Shown piece after piece: positions 17,306 to 26,744 of a stretch of 35,137 nucleotides of DNA. The DNA comes from Clostridia bacterium (GTDB lineage Bacteria > Bacillota > Clostridia > Oscillospirales > CAG-272). The number at the start of each line of letters is the position of its first letter. Position 1 is the first letter of the stretch. The stretch lies in NCBI GenBank assembly GCA_017453405.1, contig JAFTKF010000059.1, forward strand, positions 1-35,137. The letters are read 5' to 3'. The notes below the pieces were generated by a model, which saw nothing but the letters and a program-made list of their open reading frames with translations, did no database searches and was not told the origin of the DNA. Made by a program: the position numbers and the translations under genes.

Positions 17306-18736
17306 ATGTCAAAAATCCTTTTTGTTGCGGCTGAAGCCGTTCCCTTTGCCTCCACGGGCGGTCTTGGGGATGTCATCGGCTCGCTTCCCGAAGCTATTGT
17401 CAAGGCAGACAAATCTGCCGATGTGCGCGTGGTACTCCCACTGCACGAAAAGATCTCCGCCGAGCACCGTGCGGCAATGACCAAGGTCTGTGAATTTACC
17501 GTCGCGCTGTCGTGGCGTAATCTCTACTGCGGTATCTGGTCGCTCAAAAAAGGCGGTGTCACCTACTATTTCATCGATAACGAATATTACTTCAAGCGCG
17601 CTCGTCTCTATGGCGAATTCGACGATGCCGAACGCTATGCCTATTTCTCCAAAGCCGCGATCGATATGCTGCCCCATATCGGCTTTTATCCCGATATTCT
17701 GCACGCGCACGACTGGCAGGCGGCAATGGCAGTGATCTATCTGCGCCGTCAGTATTCCTATCCCGATATTCATACCGTCTATACCATTCACAACATCGAA
17801 TATCAGGGCGTGTATTCCTTCTCGATCCTTTCGGATGTTCTCGGACTGTCCGAGGCAGACCGTGACATCATCGAATATCACGGCGATATCAATTTCACCA
17901 AGGGCGCGATCGTCTGCTGTGACAAATTGACGACAGTCAGCCAGAAGTATTCCGAAGAGATCCGCACTCCCTTCTATTCCTACGGTCTCTATCACGTGAT
18001 CAATCGCTTCTCCTTCAAGACGATGGGCATTGTCAACGGCATTGATTATAAGACCTATAATCCCGCCGCCGACCCCGATATTCCCGCAAACTTCTCCTAC
18101 GCCCGCAACCTCAAGAACAAAACCCTCTGCAAGATCACCCTGCAGGAAAAGGTCGGACTTACCGTCTCGCCCGATACCCCGATGGTGGCAATGATCACCC
18201 GTCTTGCCTCGCACAAGGGTCTTGATCTTGTCAAGCGCGTGATCGACGAAGCGCTTGCCACCGAGGATATGCAGTTCGTTCTGCTCGGTACGGGTGAAAA
18301 GGATTACGAAGTCTTTTTCAAGGAATTGGAGAATCGCTTCCCCGGCAAGGTGCGCGCCCTGCTGGAATTCAACAAGAAGCTGTCGAAGGAGATCTACGCC
18401 GCCGCCGACCTCTTCCTGATGCCCTCGAAGAGCGAGCCCTGCGGTCTTTCGCAGATGATGGCATCGCGCTACGGCACGGTGGCGATCGTCAGAGAAACCG
18501 GCGGTCTTTACGATACCATTAAGCCCTTTGACCACACCACGGGCGAGGGCAACGGTGTAACCTTTGTGACCTACAACGCGCACGATATGCTGGATGCCAT
18601 TCGCCGCGCGCTTGCCCTCTACCGCTCACCCGATTTCAAAAAACTGCGCCGCAACGCGATGACCACCGATTTCTCGTGGGAGATCTCGGCAAAACGCTAT
18701 CTTGCGATGTACAGCGATGTGCTGACGCTTTATTAA
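17306..18736 (+). CDS. glgA: glycogen synthase (GT5)
   Basis: TGGLGDV, HAHDWQ, TIHN, GIVNGID, RLASHKG, SKSEPCGLSQM, TGGLYDT. Confidence 0.95.
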   Translation: MSKILFVAAEAVPFASTGGLGDVIGSLPEAIVKADKSADVRVVLPLHEKISAEHRAAMTKVCEFTVALSWRNLYCGIWSLKKGGVTYYFIDNEYYFKRARLYGEFDDAERYAYFSKAAIDMLPHIGFYPDILHAHDWQAAMAVIYLRRQYSYPDIHTVYTIHNIEYQGVYSFSILSDVLGLSEADRDIIEYHGDINFTKGAIVCCDKLTTVSQKYSEEIRTPFYSYGLYHVINRFSFKTMGIVNGIDYKTYNPAADPDIPANFSYARNLKNKTLCKITLQEKVGLTVSPDTPMVAMITRLASHKGLDLVKRVIDEALATEDMQFVLLGTGEKDYEVFFKELENRFPGKVRALLEFNKKLSKEIYAAADLFLMPSKSEPCGLSQMMASRYGTVAIVRETGGLYDTIKPFDHTTGEGNGVTFVTYNAHDMLDAIRRALALYRSPDFKKLRRNAMTTDFSWEISAKRYLAMYSDVLTLY

Positions 18737-18745
18737 AACAACAAG

Positions 18746-18788
18746 CCTCACTTCCCAACGCGGGTTGGGAAGTGAGGAGGGTTTTTTT
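18746..18788 (+). terminator. strong stem-loop / terminator between glgA and glgP
   Basis: perfect 14-bp stem CCTCACTTCCCAAC-gcgg-GTTGGGAAGTGAGG, T7 tract 4 nt downstream. Confidence 0.72.
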
Positions 18789-18892
18789 ACACGCATTTTT
18801 TCGAATGAAGATTTTATTTTTTTATAAAATGAAATCCTTTTTCGGCAAAATGCCGATTGCAACAACAATACACGATAAAGGATGAAACAGTT

Positions 18893-21427
18893 ATGGCGAA
18901 AACGACAAAAGCTGCAGCAAAAACTGCTGCGGCAAAAAATACCGCGGCAAAAGACCCCTCACAGACTTCGGTGGGCGGCGTAAAAATGCCGTCGCTCACC
19001 AAAAAATATCTCCGTGAAGCACTGGAAAATAAGCTTTCCCGCTTTTACGGCACCACGTATAAGGAAGCAACCAAGGATCAGATCTATCGCGCACTGCTTC
19101 TGACCGTCAAGGATATTCTGTCGCAGAAGCGTACCGAATTCAAAAAGAATGTCAACAATCAAGAAGGCAAGAAAATCTATTACCTCTGTATGGAATTTCT
19201 GATCGGTAAGGGTCTGCGCAACAACCTGATGAATCTCGGCATTGCCGACAAGTATGATGCGATCCTTTCGGATATGGGCTTCTCGCTTGACGAGCTTTAC
19301 GATATCGAGCAAGACCCGGGACTTGGCAACGGCGGTCTTGGCAGACTTGCCGCCTGCTTTATGGACGCATTGACCTCGCAGGACTACTCGGCAACAGGAT
19401 TTTCGATCCTTTATGAATACGGTCTTTTCAAGCAGAAGATCATCGACGGCGATCAGATCGAATTGCCCGACACATGGATGCCCTCGGGCGAGCCTTGGCT
19501 CGTTCCCCGTACCGACAAGACCTGCACCGTGCGCTTTGGCGGTCAGATCAAGGAGGAATGGAAAAACGGCAGATGTGAGATCACGCACACCGATTACACC
19601 GAGGTGCAAGCCATTCCCTATGATATTATGATCTCGGGTGCAGACTCCGAGGCTGTCAACTCTCTGCGTCTCTGGAAGGCAAAGAGTATGAACCAGAACT
19701 TCAATATGGCGTTGTTCTCGCAGGGCGAATATATCCGCGCAATGGAGGAATCCAATCAGGCAGAGATCCTTTCCAAGGTACTCTATCCTGCCGACAATCA
19801 CGAGGGCGGCAAATTGCTCCGTCTGTCTCAGCAGTATTTCCTTGTTTGTGCCTCCCTGCAAAGCATTATCGCCGACCATCTGCGCACCTACGGCAGTCTT
19901 CAGAATTTTTCCGAAAAGGTTGCCATTCACATCAACGACACCCATCCCGCGCTTGTCGTTCCCGAATTGATGCGCATTCTCATTGACATCTACTCCTACA
20001 CGTGGGAGCACGCGTGGAGCATCGTCACCAAAACCGTGTCGTATACCAATCATACCGTTATGCCCGAGGCACTGGAAACCTGGGATGAACGTCTCTTCAG
20101 CTTCCGTCTGCCCCGCCTGCATATGATCATTTCCGAGATCAACCGCCGCTTCTGTGCCGAGCTTTGGAATCGCTATCCCGGCGACTGGGGCAGAATCACC
20201 AATCTTTCGATCATTTCGCACGGCAGAGTCAAGATGGCAAATCTCTCGGTCGTTGGCTCGCACACCGTCAACGGCGTATCGAAGCTGCACTCTGAGATCC
20301 TGACCGACACCATTTTCAGCGATTTTTATCACGATACCCCCGAGAAATTCACCAATGTCACCAACGGTATCGCATACCGCCGCTGGCTGTGCTACGCCAA
20401 TCCCGCGCTTGCCGCCTTGCTGGACGAAACCATCGGCAAGGGCTATCGCAAGGATGCCGCAGAGCTTGAAAAGCTTCTTGCCTATGCCGACGACAAAGCC
20501 GTTCTTGATACCCTTGCGGACATCAAATATCAGAACAAGGTACGCCTTTCGAATTATCTGATGAAGCGAAATGGCATCAAGATCGATCCCGATTCGGTCT
20601 TTGACGTGCAGGTCAAGCGTATGCATGAATACAAGCGCCAGCTTCTGAACGCCTTGCACATCATTTCGCTTTACGTGACGCTGAAGGAAAATCCCGATCT
20701 CGAAATGCGCCCCAAGACCTTTATTTTCGGCGCGAAAGCGGCTGCGGGTTATTATCACGCCAAGCAGATCATCAAGCTGATCTATGAGATCGGCAAGGAT
20801 CTTGAAAACGATCCCAAGCTTTCAAAGAAGCTTCGCGTGGTCTTCCCCGAGGACTATAATGTCTCACTTGCCGAGATCCTGATTCCCGCCGCCGACATTT
20901 CTGAGCAGATCTCGCTTGCCGGCAAGGAAGCCAGCGGCACGGGCAATATGAAGTTTATGCTGAACGGCGCTTTGACCGTCGGCACGCTGGACGGCGCGAA
21001 TGTCGAGATCGCCGAGGCTGTCGGCAGAGACAATATCTATATTTTCGGTCATACCACCCCCGAGGTCGAGGATCTCTGGCGTCAGGGCTATCGCGCCGCT
21101 GACTACTACAGCAAGAATCCCACGCTGAAAAAGGCAGTCGACGCCCTGAAGAGTGGCTTCAACGGCGTATCCTTTGAGGAGCTGTATCACTATCTCGTCT
21201 TTGGAAACGGCACGGTTGCCGACCCCTATATGTGCCTTGCCGATTTCGATGCCTATCAGGCGGCGCACCGCACCATTGCCGCCGATTATGAAAATCGCGA
21301 CAAATGGAATCGGATGTCCCTGACAAACATCGCCAAAAGCGGCATCTTCTCGGCAGACCGTTCGATTCGCGAATATGCCGACAACATCTGGCACATCCAA
21401 CCGATTCAAAAGAAAAATAACCGCTGA
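18893..21427 (+). CDS. glgP: glycogen/starch phosphorylase (GT35)
   Basis: GLGNGGLGRLAACF, INDTHP, YTNHT, VKRMHEYKRQ, PLP site EASGTGNMKFMLNG; RBS AAAGGA. Confidence 0.96.
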   Translation: MAKTTKAAAKTAAAKNTAAKDPSQTSVGGVKMPSLTKKYLREALENKLSRFYGTTYKEATKDQIYRALLLTVKDILSQKRTEFKKNVNNQEGKKIYYLCMEFLIGKGLRNNLMNLGIADKYDAILSDMGFSLDELYDIEQDPGLGNGGLGRLAACFMDALTSQDYSATGFSILYEYGLFKQKIIDGDQIELPDTWMPSGEPWLVPRTDKTCTVRFGGQIKEEWKNGRCEITHTDYTEVQAIPYDIMISGADSEAVNSLRLWKAKSMNQNFNMALFSQGEYIRAMEESNQAEILSKVLYPADNHEGGKLLRLSQQYFLVCASLQSIIADHLRTYGSLQNFSEKVAIHINDTHPALVVPELMRILIDIYSYTWEHAWSIVTKTVSYTNHTVMPEALETWDERLFSFRLPRLHMIISEINRRFCAELWNRYPGDWGRITNLSIISHGRVKMANLSVVGSHTVNGVSKLHSEILTDTIFSDFYHDTPEKFTNVTNGIAYRRWLCYANPALAALLDETIGKGYRKDAAELEKLLAYADDKAVLDTLADIKYQNKVRLSNYLMKRNGIKIDPDSVFDVQVKRMHEYKRQLLNALHIISLYVTLKENPDLEMRPKTFIFGAKAAAGYYHAKQIIKLIYEIGKDLENDPKLSKKLRVVFPEDYNVSLAEILIPAADISEQISLAGKEASGTGNMKFMLNGALTVGTLDGANVEIAEAVGRDNIYIFGHTTPEVEDLWRQGYRAADYYSKNPTLKKAVDALKSGFNGVSFEELYHYLVFGNGTVADPYMCLADFDAYQAAHRTIAADYENRDKWNRMSLTNIAKSGIFSADRSIREYADNIWHIQPIQKKNNR

Positions 21428-21428
21428 G

Positions 21429-21466
21429 TGTCAAAACCGCCAAGACCCCTTTGGCGGTTTTTGACA
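21429..21466 (+). terminator. stem-loop / terminator after glgP
   Basis: TGTCAAAACCGCCAA-gacccct-TTGGCGGTTTTTGACA. Confidence 0.7.
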
Positions 21467-21478
21467 GTAAGGATCTTT

Positions 21479-23419
21479 ATGCCACTTTCACATTATCACG
21501 TATCGCTGGAAATCACCTCGGCGCATACCGACTTTGCCCATCTCTTCTCTGCCTTTGATAACGAGGATACGCTGACACTGACGCTCACCCTTTCGCGTGA
21601 GCTTGGGACAGTCTCCCCACGGCTCGAGCTGTATGAGGCAGACGCACACGCGCAAACGCTGATTTTCCCCCTCGTGTGGCAGGGTACGGACTACAAAACC
21701 GAAACCTACCGCCTGTCACTGTCCTTGCACCGCCTGCGCGGACTGTATTTCGCTTCCCTCCTCTTTGACTCTGCCGAGGGGCTTTTGCGCCTGTCCTATG
21801 ACGAAGGACACTACCGCTATCGCCTCACCCGAAGCGACGAGGCATATGAGCCGATCGGGCTGACCGTCTATGATGCCGCGTTTACCACACCCGATTGGTT
21901 CAAGGGCGGCGTTCTTTATCAGATCTTCGTGGACCGCTTTTACAAAGGCTCGCAAGCTGTTCCCTGCCGCGAGGATGCCGTTCTCGACCCCGATTGGGAG
22001 CGGGGAATTCCCCAATATCCCCCCTACCGCGGCGCGCCCTTTTCCAACAATACCTTTTTCGGGGGAACGCTCTTCGGCATTGCGGAGAAAATGCCCTATC
22101 TTGCCTCGCTCGGCGTAACTGCTCTCTATCTTTCCCCCATCTTTCGCGCCTATTCCAATCACAAATACGACACTGCCGACTATCTCGAAATTGACAGTAT
22201 GTTCGGGGGCAAGGAAGGCTTTGACGCGATGCTTTGCGCGGCAAATGCCCACGGAATCCGCGTGATCTTGGACGGCGTTTTCAATCACACGGGAGACGAC
22301 AGCCGCTATTTCAACAAATACGGCAAATTCGACACCCTCGGTGCGTATCAATCCCAAGAGTCACCCTATTATCACTGGTACGATTTTGAAAGCTATCCCG
22401 ACCGCTATCGCTGTTGGTGGGGCATTGATATTCTGCCCTCGGTCAACACGAAGCACCCCGATTACCGCCGCTTTATCGCGGGCGAAAACGGGGTGATCCG
22501 CCGCTATCTGCGAGAAGGGATCGCGGGGTGGCGACTGGATGTTGCCGACGAGCTGTCTGAAGAACTGATTACCGATATCCGCCGTGCCGCACGTGAGGAA
22601 TCGCGCGAGGCACTGATTCTCGGCGAGGTGTGGGAGGATGCCTCCAACAAGATCGCCTACGGTGCTCTGCGCCGCTATTTCTGGGGAAACGAGCTGGATT
22701 CTGTGATGAATTACCCTGTCGGCAACGCCATTGTTGACTACCATCTCACCCAAAACGCCGCACCCTTATTTGCGGTCTTAAAGCGGCTGTACGCGCATTA
22801 TCCCAAGGCGACATCCGATACCAATATGAATCTTTTGGGCACGCACGACACCGAGCGCATTCTCACGCGGCTGTCGGGCGAGGGCGAAAACGGCAGAAGC
22901 GAAGACGAGCTTGCCACTGCTACCCTATCAGAAGAGCGCTACCGCCTTGCCAAAAGCCGCCTTATGAGTGCCTATCTGCTTCTTGCCACCGTCCCCGGTG
23001 TGCCCACCGTCTTTTACGGAGATGAAGCGGGTATGCAGGGCTATCACGACCCCTTTAACCGCCGCCCCTTTCCGTGGGGGCGCGAAGACCAAGAGATCCT
23101 TGCCTTTTATCAGAAGATCCATCGTCTGAGAAAAGAAGAGGACATCTTTTCAAAGGGCTATTTTGAGCTTGTCGAGGACTTGCCCGAGGGCGTTCTTGCC
23201 TATTCGCGCTTTGACCGCACCACCTGCCTGACGGCGGTGTTCAACCGTTCGGATAAAGGCATCACGCTTTTTGCGAAGACCCTCTTTCCGAAGTCGCTTT
23301 CACCTCTTTGCGCAACCAATGGTTGCGAGCTTTTGACAGGGCAACCAATTCGTTACACCGTTTCGCTGAAATCCTGCGATTTTTCTTTAATAAAATGGAA
23401 AATAGACACTGATTGTTAA
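21479..23419 (+). CDS. GH13 alpha-glucan hydrolase (neopullulanase/cyclomaltodextrinase/amylopullulanase-like)
   Basis: YQIFVDRF, SNHKYDT, DGVFNH, GWRLDVA (nucleophile), GEVW (acid/base), LLGTHD, YGDEAG all intact. Confidence 0.9.
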   Translation: MPLSHYHVSLEITSAHTDFAHLFSAFDNEDTLTLTLTLSRELGTVSPRLELYEADAHAQTLIFPLVWQGTDYKTETYRLSLSLHRLRGLYFASLLFDSAEGLLRLSYDEGHYRYRLTRSDEAYEPIGLTVYDAAFTTPDWFKGGVLYQIFVDRFYKGSQAVPCREDAVLDPDWERGIPQYPPYRGAPFSNNTFFGGTLFGIAEKMPYLASLGVTALYLSPIFRAYSNHKYDTADYLEIDSMFGGKEGFDAMLCAANAHGIRVILDGVFNHTGDDSRYFNKYGKFDTLGAYQSQESPYYHWYDFESYPDRYRCWWGIDILPSVNTKHPDYRRFIAGENGVIRRYLREGIAGWRLDVADELSEELITDIRRAAREESREALILGEVWEDASNKIAYGALRRYFWGNELDSVMNYPVGNAIVDYHLTQNAAPLFAVLKRLYAHYPKATSDTNMNLLGTHDTERILTRLSGEGENGRSEDELATATLSEERYRLAKSRLMSAYLLLATVPGVPTVFYGDEAGMQGYHDPFNRRPFPWGREDQEILAFYQKIHRLRKEEDIFSKGYFELVEDLPEGVLAYSRFDRTTCLTAVFNRSDKGITLFAKTLFPKSLSPLCATNGCELLTGQPIRYTVSLKSCDFSLIKWKIDTDC

Positions 23420-23493
23420 CACGCTGTTCAAAAAGATGGTGTATAATACCTGATAGCAGAAAGACCCCAAAATACATAGAAGAAGGAAATCAT

Positions 23494-24429
23494 ATGAAAA
23501 AGAACCTGATCCTCTCGCTCGTAGCGCTCCTTTTGGTTGCCGCTTCGCTTTTCGCACTGACCGCTTGCGGTGAGCCCGCCACAACAACTGCCGATAACGG
23601 CACTGCTACCACAACGCCCACCCCCGGAACTTCGGGAACTGATGATCCCACCGTTTCCGATAAGGTCAATTTCAAATTCTTCAAATGCGGCAAAGCCAAT
23701 GCCACACTCATCCGTTCGGGTGATATTGCCATTCTCGTTGACACCGGTGAGGATGAAGACGAAGACGGCAACGGCAAGCAGGACGACGGCGAAAAGATCC
23801 TTGAATATCTCGCTGAAAAAGGCGTGACTGAGATCGACTACCTCATCGTCAGCCAGTTCAACAAGAACCACTACGGTTCTGTCGCTACGATTCTTGAAGG
23901 TGTTACGGTGAAAAAGATTCTTGAACCCAGCTACACCAAGACCGGCAACGCTTACGACGAATACCGCGCCGCTCTTACCAAGGCAGGTATGACCCCCGAA
24001 GTGATCTCCGATACCTATACGATTAGCGAAGGCGATCTCAAGGTTACGCTCTACCCCGCCAAGAGCACCACCACCAGCGCTGAGCAGGATGAATACTATT
24101 CTCTGGCTGTTGCTGTTGACTCCACCGGTCTTGATGTTCTCATTGCCTCCGACATTTTCGGCGCACGTGTGACCGAGCTGATCACCGCTCTTAACGGTCA
24201 GAAGTTTGACATTCTTCAAGTACCGAAGCACGGCGCGTTCAATGATACGGTTGAGACCCTGATCGATGCGGTTTCGCCCAAGTATGCCGTCATTTTCGCT
24301 TCGGCAAACAATCCCGCTGACCCCCGTACCCTGAATCTTCTCACCGAAAAGAACATCACAACCTACATCACAATGAACGGCTCGGTAGAAGCCAAGTACA
24401 AGAACGACACCCTCACGGTCAAGCAGTAA
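23494..24429 (+). CDS. lipoprotein with ComEC/Rec2-type metallo-beta-lactamase fold (degenerate metal site)
   Basis: lipobox LTAC, Thr/Pro-rich linker, LVDTG, IDYLIVS, DILQVPKHG, PKYAVI; RBS AGAAGGA. Confidence 0.8.
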   Translation: MKKNLILSLVALLLVAASLFALTACGEPATTTADNGTATTTPTPGTSGTDDPTVSDKVNFKFFKCGKANATLIRSGDIAILVDTGEDEDEDGNGKQDDGEKILEYLAEKGVTEIDYLIVSQFNKNHYGSVATILEGVTVKKILEPSYTKTGNAYDEYRAALTKAGMTPEVISDTYTISEGDLKVTLYPAKSTTTSAEQDEYYSLAVAVDSTGLDVLIASDIFGARVTELITALNGQKFDILQVPKHGAFNDTVETLIDAVSPKYAVIFASANNPADPRTLNLLTEKNITTYITMNGSVEAKYKNDTLTVKQ

Positions 24430-24438
24430 TTCGATACC

Positions 24439-24470
24439 AAAAAAGACGGCTCGCAAGATCCGTCTTTTTT
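24439..24470 (+). terminator. intrinsic terminator
   Basis: AAAAAAGACGG / CCGTCTTTTTT. Confidence 0.8.
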
Positions 24471-24502
24471 CACATACCAAATACCGATCAAGGAGACTAC
24501 CG

Positions 24503-26008
24503 ATGACAAATCAGAAAAAGCTTCAAAAGCTCTTCGAAAGGCTTGACGAGATCGAAGCCTTTCGCCGCACGCTCGGCAAAATGAGCTTTGACCAATCCTG
24601 CACTGCCCCCGAGGAGGGTATGGCACAGGCAGGCGCCGATATGGCGATCGTTTCAAAGACCGTATTCAAGCTGACCCACCACAAAACCTTTGAACGACTG
24701 ATCCGCGAGCTTTATGCCGACAGCGAGGGCTTGACAGACATTCAGAAGAAAACCGTCGAGCATCTTTATGAAGGAATGGAAAAGAATCAGCATATCACAG
24801 CCGCCTTTTCCTTTGACATGAACAAGGCGTTCAACGCCGCCTACGGCGCGTGGCTGAATGCCAAACGTGCCAACGATTTCGCACTGTACGAGCCTTCGAT
24901 CACCACGCTGATCGATTACACCAGAAAAGAGATCGATCTGCGCAAGACAAAATACCCCACCTACTATACCGCACTGCTTGACGATTACGAAAAGGGCAAT
25001 ACAGAAGAGGTACTCGATGCCTTTTTCGCTTCCCTGAAGGCGCGCATTGTGCCGCTTGTCACAAGGATCGTCAAGGAAGGCAAGCCCATCCGCGAAGACT
25101 TCCTGACCCGTCCGGTTGCCATAGGCAAGCAAGAAGAATTCTCGCGCTATCTTCTCGCCCTGCAGGGACTGCGCGAAAGCGCCCTTGTGCTTGCGACCAC
25201 CGAACACCCCTTCACCACCAATTTCGGTCCTTGCGATGTGCGTGTGACCACGCATTATTATGAAGACAATTTCATTTCGAACATTTTCTCCACCCTGCAC
25301 GAAGGGGGACACGCGATGTTTATGCAGAACGAGCCGGATGAGGTATACGAAAATCACTGCGCCAACCATATGTCCAACGCGATGCACGAAACAATCTCGC
25401 GCTTTTATGAGAATATCATCGGCAGAAGCGAAGCCTTTGTCAGCTTTGTCTCCCCTAAGCTGCGCGAGCTGTCGGGCAATACCTTTGACGATGTCAGCGA
25501 CCGTGAGCTGTATGAGGCGGTCAATATCGCACGCCCCTCCCTCATCCGCACCGAGGCAGATGAACTAACCTATTCCATGCACATTCTCATCCGATATGAG
25601 ATCGAAAAGGCGTTTATCAACGGTACGATCACACCGAGCGAAATTCCCGCGCTTTGGCAGGAAAAATACCGCGAATATCTCGGTGTCGAGGTAAAGGACG
25701 ACGCTGTCGGTTGTCTTCAGGATGTTCACTGGACGGGAATGTTTGGTTACTTCCCCTCTTACGCCCTCGGCAACGCTTACGGTGCGCAGATCCTTCACAC
25801 GATGCAAAAGGACTTTTCGGTCTATGACGATGTGCGCCGCGGCGATCTCTCGCGCATTGCCGCGTGGCTGAAGGAGAAGGTTTACCGCAAGGCATCCCTT
25901 CTGACCCCCGACGAATGGATTCGCGACATTACCGGCGAGAGTCTTTCGGTCGATTACTATCTCGACTATCTGGAAAACAAGTATAAGACCCTGTATGGGC
26001 TGATATAA
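24503..26008 (+). CDS. carboxypeptidase M32 (Taq-like)
   Basis: HPF, DVRVTT, HEGGH zinc motif, HETISR, IRTEADE, GCLQDVHW, GYFPSYALG. Confidence 0.93.
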   Translation: MTNQKKLQKLFERLDEIEAFRRTLGKMSFDQSCTAPEEGMAQAGADMAIVSKTVFKLTHHKTFERLIRELYADSEGLTDIQKKTVEHLYEGMEKNQHITAAFSFDMNKAFNAAYGAWLNAKRANDFALYEPSITTLIDYTRKEIDLRKTKYPTYYTALLDDYEKGNTEEVLDAFFASLKARIVPLVTRIVKEGKPIREDFLTRPVAIGKQEEFSRYLLALQGLRESALVLATTEHPFTTNFGPCDVRVTTHYYEDNFISNIFSTLHEGGHAMFMQNEPDEVYENHCANHMSNAMHETISRFYENIIGRSEAFVSFVSPKLRELSGNTFDDVSDRELYEAVNIARPSLIRTEADELTYSMHILIRYEIEKAFINGTITPSEIPALWQEKYREYLGVEVKDDAVGCLQDVHWTGMFGYFPSYALGNAYGAQILHTMQKDFSVYDDVRRGDLSRIAAWLKEKVYRKASLLTPDEWIRDITGESLSVDYYLDYLENKYKTLYGLI

Positions 26009-26023
26009 GCTAAGAATATCACA

Positions 26024-26070
26024 AAAAATCAACCGTCAGTTGCGCTTTTGTCAACTGACGGTTGATTTTT
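26024..26070. terminator. bidirectional terminator between convergent genes
   Basis: 19-bp stem AAAAATCAACCGTCAGTTG / CAACTGACGGTTGATTTTT. Confidence 0.88.
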
Positions 26071-26081
26071 ATATTTCACAT

Positions 26082-26600
26082 TCACGATTCCAGTTCAAGG
26101 CGTCTTCGGATATACGCGCCAACCTCTTCGGGAGCGATCTTCAACGAGAAGGCAAACTCCGATCGGATCAGGGCTTCACATTGCGACAGCATTTCGTTAT
26201 CCGAAAATGCCATCCGTTTGCCCTCTTTTTCCAGCAAATGCCGCTGATGATACAGTGAGCACAAAAGTAAAAGCAATCGGTCACAGCGCATTTCGCTTTT
26301 GACAGTACGGTAAAGCGCGGTGCGGCGCTTACGGTCCGTGATCCACGGCAGTGTCTTGCCTTTGACCGCGTCGATCGTCTTTTCAATCTCCTCTTTCGCC
26401 GTAATGGCACGCATCCGTGCGGTCAGAACCTGCGAATCGGTCGGCACATACACATACGAATCCTTTTTATTCAGCGGCAGCAGCACATAGTACAGCTTAT
26501 TCTCGCCATTTGCAACCGTGTCGAAGGCGATTTCACGAATGTCTTCGATCAGACAAACACCCTCGCCTGCATACATTACATAGTCATTCTTTTCAAACAT
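26082..26600 (-). CDS. CarD-family transcriptional regulator
   Basis: MFEKNDYVMYAGEGVCLIEDI RNAP-interaction domain, YYVL, VYVP, conserved Trp in LPWITDRKRR. Confidence 0.85.
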   Translation of the reverse strand: MFEKNDYVMYAGEGVCLIEDIREIAFDTVANGENKLYYVLLPLNKKDSYVYVPTDSQVLTARMRAITAKEEIEKTIDAVKGKTLPWITDRKRRTALYRTVKSEMRCDRLLLLLCSLYHQRHLLEKEGKRMAFSDNEMLSQCEALIRSEFAFSLKIAPEEVGAYIRRRLELES

Positions 26601-26638
26601 CCGTACAGCCCTCTCTTGACACAATTTTTCACACTTAT

Positions 26639-26667
26639 AGTATATCACACCGTGAAAACAAGTGCAA
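26639..26667 (-). promoter_or_regulatory. sigma-A promoter TTGCAC-17bp-TATACT (extended -10)
   Basis: minus-strand TTGCAC (26667-26662), TGa-TATACT (26644-26639). Confidence 0.7.
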
Positions 26668-26672
26668 GAGAC

Positions 26673-26700
26673 AAAATCCCCAAAAATATTTGGGGATTTT
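26673..26700. terminator. stem-loop terminator downstream of ahcY-MIF
   Basis: AAAATCCCCAAA / TTTGGGGATTTT. Confidence 0.7.
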
Positions 26701-26744
26701 TTGGTTAAAACTATAAAAATTACTGTATTGATGCTGAAAGCGCG

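Noticed and set aside
18959-20758. 599-aa antisense ORF (and similar ones at 2253-2972, 14966-16024, 16145-17242, 17309-18583, 23428-24480, 32266-33408)
   Set aside because: Shadow ORFs opposite well-conserved genes, expected from codon bias; no recognisable motifs
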